From NCBI GenBank assembly GCA_030648155.1, contig JAUSIK010000016.1, forward strand, positions 81,944-145,943: 64,000 nucleotides of DNA, read 5' to 3'. Under the pieces are notes generated by a model. It was not told the origin of the DNA, did no database searches, and was given only the letters and a program-made list of their open reading frames with translations. This document shows, one piece after another, positions 1-9,627 of the stretch. Each line of letters begins with the position of its first letter. Positions within the stretch are counted from its first letter, which is position 1. Origin of the DNA: Nanobdellota archaeon. GTDB taxonomy: Archaea > Nanobdellota > Nanobdellia > Pacearchaeales > GW2011-AR1. Position numbers and translations under genes: made by a program.

Positions 1-2125
<2,125 letters not shown>

Positions 2126-2149
2126 TTTTAAAGATATTAATGAGATTAT

Positions 2150-2447
2150 TTAAATTCTTTTGAAGATTAAAGAAAGGTCCTCTTTAAATAGAATTATACC
2201 TGCTAGAGCTATTGTAACTATATTGGGAACATTAAATATTATTACTGCTTTTGAAAGGAATTGATACTTTAATGAGAATGCCTAAAAAAGTGAGCCTATA
2301 AGATAAAGAGCCATACCTGCTATCAGGAAGTAATTTTTATTCATAATAGGCCATTTTTTCATATATGCCGGCAAAGGTATCTAAAGCCATTGCTAGAAGT
2401 ATTAATCCATAAGACGCAAATTTAAATAAAACCTCTTTGGATATCAA
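2150..2447 (-). pseudogene. Degraded small multi-TM transporter gene (SMR/EamA-like)
   Basis: My reverse-strand translation gives hydrophobic fragments LISKEVLFKFASYGLILLAMALDTFAGIYEK, then a frame change at an A-run, then MKKWPIMNKNYFLIAGMALYLIGSLF, an in-frame TAG (comp. 2284-2282), and AFSLKYQFLSKAVIIFNVPNIVTIALAGIILFKEDL. The family call is by pattern only. Confidence 0.35.
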
Positions 2448-2478
2448 TTTAATTGTTAGGCTAATTTAATAAATACTT

Positions 2479-3324
2479 CTAGATCTGGGTTTTAAGATAG
2501 TCAATTATTTTTTCTGCAAGCATTTCTCTCTCATCTTCAAAGAAGTCAAAAGCAGGTGTAGAATTAACTTCTAAAACTATCCAATCGCCCTCATTTTTTA
2601 ATAAATCCACTCCTAAAACTTTTATGTTTGTTATTTTTGCTAATTTTTTTACTATCTTGCCGAGATTTTTATCTACAATGAATTTTTTAAAGCTTTTTTC
2701 ATATACGCCTGTAGATTTCCAACCTTTATTTTCCTTTAATGCTGTTTGAACAATTTCCCCATTTACTAAAGTTACTCTGTATGATGGTGAACGGATAAAT
2801 TGCTGAGCAATAATCGGAAGTTTTTCTTTAGTTTTACCCCAAAATTTATTTATTATTGCCTCTGCTTCTTTAATGTTCTCTGCTTTTTCTACATATTGCC
2901 CCCATGTTCCTGATACCCTTTTTAATATTACAGGCCAATGGCCGAAATGGTTAAGTTCTTTTTTTGCCAGAAAAATATTTTCTGAAAGGAGCATCGTTTC
3001 TGGCACTGGAATGTTATTTCTTTTACATTCCATATAAAATACCCACTTATCTTCAGGATAATATAATGATTTTGAAGATTCTATTACCTTTTTGCCTAGT
3101 TCTTCAAAAGTTTTAATAATTTCAAATGCAAAATCCTCCCCAGAATTGTTAAAAATAATATCACACTTGTTCGCTTTTTCTTCTAGATCCTGTTCGTTTA
3201 ATTCTTTTGATAAATTAAACATTATCATTTCCATCCCTTTTCTTTTAGCTACCTTAATGAATGCTTTTTCATCCTTTCCAGGATTTTTATCACTATATAT
3301 ATAACCTAATACCCTCTTTTTCAT
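2479..3324 (-). CDS. ATP-grasp family protein (RimK/LysX-like ligase)
   Basis: ORF track, 281 aa. Length and C-terminal pattern (...VLGVDLLKNEGDWIVLEVNSTPAF...) are typical of RimK-type ATP-grasp enzymes. Family-level call only. Confidence 0.6.
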   Translation of the reverse strand: MKKRVLGYIYSDKNPGKDEKAFIKVAKRKGMEMIMFNLSKELNEQDLEEKANKCDIIFNNSGEDFAFEIIKTFEELGKKVIESSKSLYYPEDKWVFYMECKRNNIPVPETMLLSENIFLAKKELNHFGHWPVILKRVSGTWGQYVEKAENIKEAEAIINKFWGKTKEKLPIIAQQFIRSPSYRVTLVNGEIVQTALKENKGWKSTGVYEKSFKKFIVDKNLGKIVKKLAKITNIKVLGVDLLKNEGDWIVLEVNSTPAFDFFEDEREMLAEKIIDYLKTQI

Positions 3325-3404
3325 AAAGCTATTAGTCTGCTTTCATATTTAAAGTTTTTTTATATAAGTTTAAAGCCTAAATTAATTAGTATTCTGCATT
3401 AGAG

Positions 3405-3417
3405 AAAGGTTTATAAT
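3405..3417 (+). promoter_or_regulatory. BRE/TATA-like promoter motif (aaaggtttataat) upstream of the SNF2 gene
   Basis: Matches the recurrent window consensus aaAGnTTTAWAWA. It lies in the divergent intergenic region 3325-3462. Confidence 0.4.
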
Positions 3418-3462
3418 CGAAATTCTAATTTAATTACTCTATCTAAATTTTTTTAAGAAGAG

Positions 3463-5256
3463 ATGAAAATAACAATAAACGAAGTTTTTTCTGAAGACGA
3501 GAGTATTTTAGACAAAGTCGAAAAGAAAGAGTTCGAGTCAGGAGAGGTTTTGAAGCTTAGAGTAGATGCTGAAGAAATGTCTAAAGAGGCTGAAGTTAAT
3601 CAACTCATTTCATATAACTCTATAAAGAAAAATTTAGAATATGAGCTCCCGCATCAGAGAGAAGGAGCAATTAAAATTCTAAGGGATATGAACTGCATGG
3701 CATTATTAGCCGATGAAGTAGGCTTGGGAAAGACTATTACGACAGGGATGATAATCAAGGAGTGCATTGTAAGGGGACTTGTAAAAAGAGTGCTGATATT
3801 AACTCCGCCATCACTTGTTGATCAATGGGCTCAAGAGTTAAAATTTAAATTTGATTTAGATTTTGAGATTATTGAAAATAAAAATCAATGGGACAAAATA
3901 AACTTTGCTATAGCATCCATAGATAGAGTTAAAGGATATGATGAGGCACAAGGAAAATTCAAGCATGATAAAGTTCATGAAATTGAGTGGGATTTATTGA
4001 TCGTTGATGAAGCCCACAAACTAAAAGATAGGGATACAGTCAGATGGAGATTTGTTGATAAAATTCCTAAAAAAAGATTTTTAATTTTAACTGCAACGCC
4101 ATTTCAAAATGACCTGCTTGAACTTTATAGTTTACTAAATCTTTTGAAAAGAGGACATCTAGGAACTCTTAAGGAATTTAAGAAGAAATTTTTGTTTAGA
4201 GGAAATAAAAGATATCCTTTAAACCCTCATGAATTAAAAGATAAATTACAGGAAGTCATGGTAAGAAGAAGGAGAGATGAAACAGGGATTGACTATAAAA
4301 AGAGAATTCCTAGAATTGTTGCAGTTGAGATGTCAAAAGAAGAGGAGGAAATTTATAAGGATATAACCGAACTATTACAAACTAAATATTTCTCTGCGAA
4401 GGGTGAAGAAATTAGAGGGAAGCTAATTATTTATTCTCTTCTTCCTAAAATTACAAGTTCTTCTAAATCGGCAATAGAATCTTTGACTAAAATTGTAAAC
4501 AATCCCAAATATCACGATGGTACTAGAGAATTCGCCAATATGATATTAAATAAATGTTTGAATCTAAAAAAGGATTCTAAAATTGAAGCATTAACCGAAA
4601 TTGTTAAAAAAATATACTCTGAAGATAGGGATGCTAAAATATTGATATATACTAGACATCCTACTACGGCCAAATATATAATTGAGAAGTTAAGCACTCT
4701 GGGATTAAAACTTATTGATTTTATTGGTGGGATGAGCCGAGAAGAAAAATTAGAAAAAATAAAAGAGTTTAAAGCGGATGTAAATATTATGGTAAGCACT
4801 GAAACTGGAGCTGAAGGACTAAATTTCCAATTTTGCAGTAATTTGATAAATTATGATCTGCCATGGAATCCAATGGCTGTAGAGCAAAGAATTGGAAGGG
4901 TCGACCGAATAGGTCAGAAAAAAGACATGTACATTTATAGTTTAGCAAAAAAAAATACAATGGAAGAGCATGTAGTTGATTTAATAATTAATAAAATGTG
5001 CTGTATAGGACTTGTAATTGGTGAATTACCGATTATCTTGTTTAATCTTGGCCTTGATAGCAAAGATGAATCTGGACTAAGTAAAATTGAAGAGATGCTT
5101 TTGAATGCCTTTATAGATTCTAAAAATAATTTGGAAAAATTTGCAAAGGATGTTATTAGAATCAAAGACTTACTTGACAAGGGAATAGAAGAATATATGA
5201 AAACCAAAGATAATAATTCAGCTTTATTAGACGATGGAAAACAAGGAACTAATTGA
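3463..5256 (+). CDS. SNF2/SWI2-family helicase (minimal, 597 aa)
   Basis: Motif I LLADEVGLGKT, motif II LLIVDEAHKLK, motif III LTATPFQN, and C-terminal lobe motifs STETGAEGLNFQ and YDLPWNPMAVEQRIGRVDRIGQ. Confidence 0.9.
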   Translation: MKITINEVFSEDESILDKVEKKEFESGEVLKLRVDAEEMSKEAEVNQLISYNSIKKNLEYELPHQREGAIKILRDMNCMALLADEVGLGKTITTGMIIKECIVRGLVKRVLILTPPSLVDQWAQELKFKFDLDFEIIENKNQWDKINFAIASIDRVKGYDEAQGKFKHDKVHEIEWDLLIVDEAHKLKDRDTVRWRFVDKIPKKRFLILTATPFQNDLLELYSLLNLLKRGHLGTLKEFKKKFLFRGNKRYPLNPHELKDKLQEVMVRRRRDETGIDYKKRIPRIVAVEMSKEEEEIYKDITELLQTKYFSAKGEEIRGKLIIYSLLPKITSSSKSAIESLTKIVNNPKYHDGTREFANMILNKCLNLKKDSKIEALTEIVKKIYSEDRDAKILIYTRHPTTAKYIIEKLSTLGLKLIDFIGGMSREEKLEKIKEFKADVNIMVSTETGAEGLNFQFCSNLINYDLPWNPMAVEQRIGRVDRIGQKKDMYIYSLAKKNTMEEHVVDLIINKMCCIGLVIGELPIILFNLGLDSKDESGLSKIEEMLLNAFIDSKNNLEKFAKDVIRIKDLLDKGIEEYMKTKDNNSALLDDGKQGTN

Positions 5257-6787
5257 CATTAAAGATTTTACTTTGGATTTTTTTAAGAACCTGGATTGTG
5301 AGGTTAAAATGGATAAGGGTATATTTATCATAAATAAAATTCCTGTTGACTTTGAAGAGTATTATGGGAAAAAAGGACCTTATACATTGGTATTTGATCA
5401 AAATGTTGAAGGGGGAGAGTTTGTGGGTGCTGGGAGTACTTTGCTTAAGAGCATGCAAGATTACTTGGATAGAAAAGGCCAAACTTCCTTATTGAGGCTA
5501 GCAATAGAAATTGATCCAGTAAAAGAAGTCTCGCAAAGAATAAAACTTGGAAATTGCAAAATTGAACAAGTTATACAAAAGAAAGAATATAATGTTCTAA
5601 AAAGATTTACTTTTTCATCAATATTTCAATACTTAAATGAAAAAGAAAGATTTCTAAATTCAATTTATGTTGATCGAGGCAATATTGCAGAATTTGATAT
5701 TTCTAAATACTCTAGTGTAGAAGGCAGAAAGGATGATGTTAATATAGGGGATATAAAAAGGGACCATCAAATTGCTAAAGATGAATTAAAAAAAATTATT
5801 TTAGGAATTACTGAAAAAATTGGAGCTAAAATAGAAGAGAAATTAGAAAAAGAAATTGTTAGAATTAAAGATCATTATGGAAAACAAATTAAAGAAAAAG
5901 AAGAGCAAATAGGGGGTATAGAAAGACAATTAAAAAAAGCAGAAGAACAATTTAATAAAACTGCAGAAAATGAGAAAAAACAAATTCAAGATAAAATTGA
6001 GAAGCTAAAAAAAGATATTGAAATTATTAAAAATTCAGATTTAATTAATAAAACCAAAAAAGAAGAAGATTTTTTAATTAATGATGAAATAAGAAAGCAT
6101 GGATTAAATATTTCTAACAAATTAATAAATACAACTATAGTTTATTATCCGACTTTTATATTGGATGTGAATGTGATAAACAGCCAAAGCAAAGGAAACT
6201 TTGAAGTAAGATATAATCCCCATATACAATCATTAAGTTTTCCTTTTTGCAGGGCGTGCAATAGAGAAATTATGGATGTTTATTTATGCTCATCCGGGCA
6301 TGCTTCGTGTAGGTTGTGCTTAATGAAATGTTTATGCTGCAGCAAGGAATATTGCAAGAATTGCGTTGATAAAAAGTGCTCATCTTGCTTTAGAGATATA
6401 TGCAAGAAATGCTATTTAAGATGCAATGGATGCGGAAAAGGTTTTTGTGAAATGCATATAAGAAAAATAAATGACAATCAACATGCCTGTTTATCCTGCT
6501 TTGCCTCTTGTATTGGGTGCAGTAAGGCCGGGATCAAAAAGAATTTCTTTAAATGTCCGTCATGTGGAAGCGAGGCCTGTGAAAACTGTTCTAGAAAGAT
6601 TTTTGTAAAAGCTGGAATAAAAATGGCATGCCCAAGATGCACTCAAAAGTGCGATGCATGTAAAAAATTATATCAGAAATCTGAATATTATAAATTAAGG
6701 ACCTGTGAATGCGATTCATGCAATTCATTGACTAGATGCTTATCCTGCAAAAGAGTTTTATGTAAAAGAGTCAGGAAACAGTTTTGA
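5234..6787 (+). CDS. SNF2-associated protein: N-terminal globular region, K/E-rich coiled coil, C-terminal multi-CxxC (zinc-ribbon-rich) domain
   Basis: ORF track, 517 aa. The start overlaps the SNF2 stop by 23 nt. Residues ~175-295 are a K/E heptad-like region. I counted 35 Cys in the last ~180 residues, mostly as CxxC pairs. Confidence 0.7.
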   Translation: MENKELIDIKDFTLDFFKNLDCEVKMDKGIFIINKIPVDFEEYYGKKGPYTLVFDQNVEGGEFVGAGSTLLKSMQDYLDRKGQTSLLRLAIEIDPVKEVSQRIKLGNCKIEQVIQKKEYNVLKRFTFSSIFQYLNEKERFLNSIYVDRGNIAEFDISKYSSVEGRKDDVNIGDIKRDHQIAKDELKKIILGITEKIGAKIEEKLEKEIVRIKDHYGKQIKEKEEQIGGIERQLKKAEEQFNKTAENEKKQIQDKIEKLKKDIEIIKNSDLINKTKKEEDFLINDEIRKHGLNISNKLINTTIVYYPTFILDVNVINSQSKGNFEVRYNPHIQSLSFPFCRACNREIMDVYLCSSGHASCRLCLMKCLCCSKEYCKNCVDKKCSSCFRDICKKCYLRCNGCGKGFCEMHIRKINDNQHACLSCFASCIGCSKAGIKKNFFKCPSCGSEACENCSRKIFVKAGIKMACPRCTQKCDACKKLYQKSEYYKLRTCECDSCNSLTRCLSCKRVLCKRVRKQF

Positions 6788-6831
6788 CATAGTATATATA
6801 AAATTAAATATTAAGATTATTTTATTTAATT

Positions 6832-7638
6832 ATGGATTATGACGGAGTAATACAGGAAAGAAATTTAGAAAATATTGCTTCAAATAATGGGTTTAAGTTC
6901 AGTGATACATTCTTTCCTTATACTTCTGGAAAAATCGGACCTGAATTTGTAAATGCTGAAGTGGTCTGCCATAATAGAGATCACCATGATAGTGCAATTG
7001 AAGACCTAGCCAGATTAATAAGAAATAAAATTTCAGCTGAAAAATACGATTTTATTTCCGGAGGGGAAAGCAGAGATTGGGTTTTTTCCTTTCAAACTGC
7101 ACAAAAATTAGGAAAAGCTCACGTAATGCTTTACAAAGACGGAAAATATATTGGTGGACCTTTAAAAAATAAAAAAATAATCCATGTAGCAGATATTAAT
7201 AATGAAGGAAGCTCTATAGAAAAACATTGGAAACCAATAATCGAAAAAGAAGGGGGAAAAATTGAGACGGTATTCTTCTATGTTGAAAAATGCGATGAAG
7301 GCAAGCAAGTAATGAAAAGAATAGGATTAGAATCGTATGCTTTAGTTTATTTAGATGAAAATTCTTGGAAGTATCTTTTAGATAGAGAGTATATTACTAA
7401 AGAAAATTATAAATCTATATCAAAAAGAAAAAAAGACCCTGAAAAATGGGCTAGGGAGATGCTTTTATCTGAAAAGGGAATTGAAAGACTAAAGGAATTG
7501 CTAGATGGAAATAATAAAAACAGGGATAGAGCTTTAAAAGTTTTAGAGAGAGGTTATCCAGATTTAAAGGAAGAAATACTGGCAAGATTGAAAAATAAAA
7601 ACGGTGGAAAGATAGAAAGTCTTATTAAGATGAAATAA
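6832..7638 (+). CDS. Type I phosphoribosyltransferase (orotate PRTase-like) with a helical C-terminal extension
   Basis: PRPP-loop-like IIHVADINNEGSS and an upstream SGGESRDW. About 75 aa of K/E-rich tail follow. Family-level call. Confidence 0.55.
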   Translation: MDYDGVIQERNLENIASNNGFKFSDTFFPYTSGKIGPEFVNAEVVCHNRDHHDSAIEDLARLIRNKISAEKYDFISGGESRDWVFSFQTAQKLGKAHVMLYKDGKYIGGPLKNKKIIHVADINNEGSSIEKHWKPIIEKEGGKIETVFFYVEKCDEGKQVMKRIGLESYALVYLDENSWKYLLDREYITKENYKSISKRKKDPEKWAREMLLSEKGIERLKELLDGNNKNRDRALKVLERGYPDLKEEILARLKNKNGGKIESLIKMK

Positions 7639-7648
7639 GTGTAATGAT

Positions 7649-7921
7649 ATGCTGCCACTTTCGACTCTTAATGAAAGAATGTCAAAGCTTAGAAATTGGG
7701 CTTTAGATGGAAATTCTATAACTAAAGATAAAATTTTTAGAGATTTTAAAGAGAGCATGGAGTTTGCCAACAAAGTTGCTGAAATTGCTGAAAAACACAA
7801 TCATCATCCTATGCTTTTGATAAACTATAATAATGTAAGAATGACTTTAACTACACATACTGCTAAAGGGCTAACACTAAGGGATTTTGATGTCGCGGAA
7901 GAGATTGATAAGTTGGGGTGA
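7649..7921 (+). CDS. Pterin-4a-carbinolamine dehydratase (PCD/DCoH family)
   Basis: Signature E-x3-HHP-x5-Y-x9-H, read as EKHNHHPMLLINYNNVRMTLTTH. Confidence 0.8.
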   Translation: MLPLSTLNERMSKLRNWALDGNSITKDKIFRDFKESMEFANKVAEIAEKHNHHPMLLINYNNVRMTLTTHTAKGLTLRDFDVAEEIDKLG

Positions 7922-7942
7922 TTGGATAGTAGTAACAAAAGC

Positions 7943-7957
7943 AAAGATTTAAATAAT
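7943..7957 (+). promoter_or_regulatory. BRE/TATA-like promoter motif (aaagatttaaataat)
   Basis: Consensus motif 21 nt upstream of ATG 7978. This implies a leaderless or near-leaderless mRNA. Confidence 0.45.
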
Positions 7958-7977
7958 CTTTTTTGGACTATTTTTCT

Positions 7978-8601
7978 ATGAGAGAGATAGAATTACAGCC
8001 TGAGCAAATACTTGTACCTGGAGAGTATAAACTAGGAAACGAATCTATTTTGAAGATTTACTATAGAATTTTTGATAGAGATCATGGAAGAGATTTGCCT
8101 CCTGTTATTACAGCGAGAGCAGATTTTATAAGCGAATCTCAAAGGCAAGAAAGATTTGAAAGAAAAATTGAGATGCTTAATAGGCAGATAAAAGAATTTC
8201 GGGCTGTTGATGCTGGATACTTTCTTCCTCTTGTTAAAAAAGATTTTGAGACTTTTTCTGTGCTCATTAAAAAATCCCCATATTATCTTTTAGATGGCAA
8301 TCATAGATCTGCGGCAGCGACTTTAACACATAATCCAATTAGAGCACTGGAAATAGAAAATGATGATGATATAAGCAAAATTGAAGAAATGGTTGAAAAA
8401 GGAGGGGTATTTGATTTCAAATTTAAAGAAAAAGATCTTTATACTTTATTGTCTTCATTTGAAGATTATTGTTTGGGAGAAGAGCATGCCATAGGAAGAG
8501 GCAAAATTGATAAAGTTAAATCAGTAAGAGAGAGGGTTGATGCATTGGTTTCTAATGGGGATTTACCCCAATATATAATAGATAAATATAAAGCGAAATA
8601 G
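7978..8601 (+). CDS. Hypothetical protein with a ParB/sulfiredoxin-like DGNHR motif
   Basis: The ORF track frame (7963..8601) begins with TTG inside the promoter spacing, so I prefer ATG 7978 (MREIELQ...). The LLDGNHRSAAA motif resembles the ParB/Srx fold. Weak call. Confidence 0.45.
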   Translation: MREIELQPEQILVPGEYKLGNESILKIYYRIFDRDHGRDLPPVITARADFISESQRQERFERKIEMLNRQIKEFRAVDAGYFLPLVKKDFETFSVLIKKSPYYLLDGNHRSAAATLTHNPIRALEIENDDDISKIEEMVEKGGVFDFKFKEKDLYTLLSSFEDYCLGEEHAIGRGKIDKVKSVRERVDALVSNGDLPQYIIDKYKAK

Positions 8602-8803
8602 CTAATCTTCTTTAATCTTTAAGAAGATTAAAAAGGAAATTATAAAAAATGGCAAGAGGGCTCAAGAAACTGCTTGTTTTTTATTCATGTTTTTAAAAAA
8701 ATAGACTATTAATTTATGTATGATTGAAAAGATAAAAAGGCATTTATTTTTCAGAGCTTCGAGAAATACTTCAAAGAATGATTTATAAAGTTGAATTCTA
8801 TAT

Positions 8804-9184
8804 ATGCTTATGCAAATAAAAGAGTTAATGAAAAGGCCTTATGTAATTGATAAAGATATAAGTTTAGGCGATGCTGCAAGAATAATGAGTTCTAAGAGCA
8901 TAGGGAGCTTATTATTTGTATTAAAAGGAAAACTTAAAGGAATTCTTACTGAAAGTGATTTATTGAAAAATTTTGGAAAAAACAAAACTATTACTCAAAT
9001 TATGTCAAGAAATATTCTTAGTATTTCTGAAAACGATAGTATTGATGATGCCCTAAAAATAATGAAAGAGAATAAAATAAAACGCCTTCCTGTTATAGAC
9101 TCTAAGAAGAAACTTACTGGTATAATTTCAATGACTGATATAGCTGCAAATGTTGATAAATTAGATGGGGAATTTTTCTTTTAA
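8804..9184 (+). CDS. CBS-domain pair protein
   Basis: 126 aa with two CBS-like repeats (VIDKDISLGDAARIM...GILTESDLL and ISENDSIDDALKIMKENKIKRLPVIDSKKKLTGIISMTDI). Confidence 0.8.
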   Translation: MLMQIKELMKRPYVIDKDISLGDAARIMSSKSIGSLLFVLKGKLKGILTESDLLKNFGKNKTITQIMSRNILSISENDSIDDALKIMKENKIKRLPVIDSKKKLTGIISMTDIAANVDKLDGEFFF

Positions 9185-9186
9185 TA

Positions 9187-9435
9187 ATGATATGGTATAT
9201 TTTACTTTTGTTAATTGGTGTTCCAGTTGGATACTTAATAGCTTACCTCGCGAAAGATGAACTTACTGGAGGAAGGGCTTGGTTTAAGGCATTGATAATT
9301 ATTTCAATTATAGGATGGATAGTTTTTGGTTTTCTTGACAAGCCCTATATCGGTTTTACACTGTTATTCATTGCTATTGTAGCATCTATAAGCTTACTCA
9401 AAAGTTATGATAAGAAATGGACTAGGAAAGTTTAA
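9187..9435 (+). CDS. Small membrane protein (2-3 TM)
   Basis: The ORF is hydrophobic throughout. It starts 2 nt after the CBS gene stop. Confidence 0.5.
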   Translation: MIWYILLLLIGVPVGYLIAYLAKDELTGGRAWFKALIIISIIGWIVFGFLDKPYIGFTLLFIAIVASISLLKSYDKKWTRKV

Positions 9436-9627
9436 ATATTAACATTAATCTTGATAAGTATGGCTTACATAAAGATAAGCATTATCGAAATTATTTCTAC
9501 AATTTAGTTGGATAGCTAAATACTTTTAAAAAAATGGATTCAGATTTTAACTTTTTGCTTGGGAATGATTTTTTACCTAAGATGGGAAAGTATAAAAGGG
9601 AAATCTTAGATTATCTATGGGGGAAAG

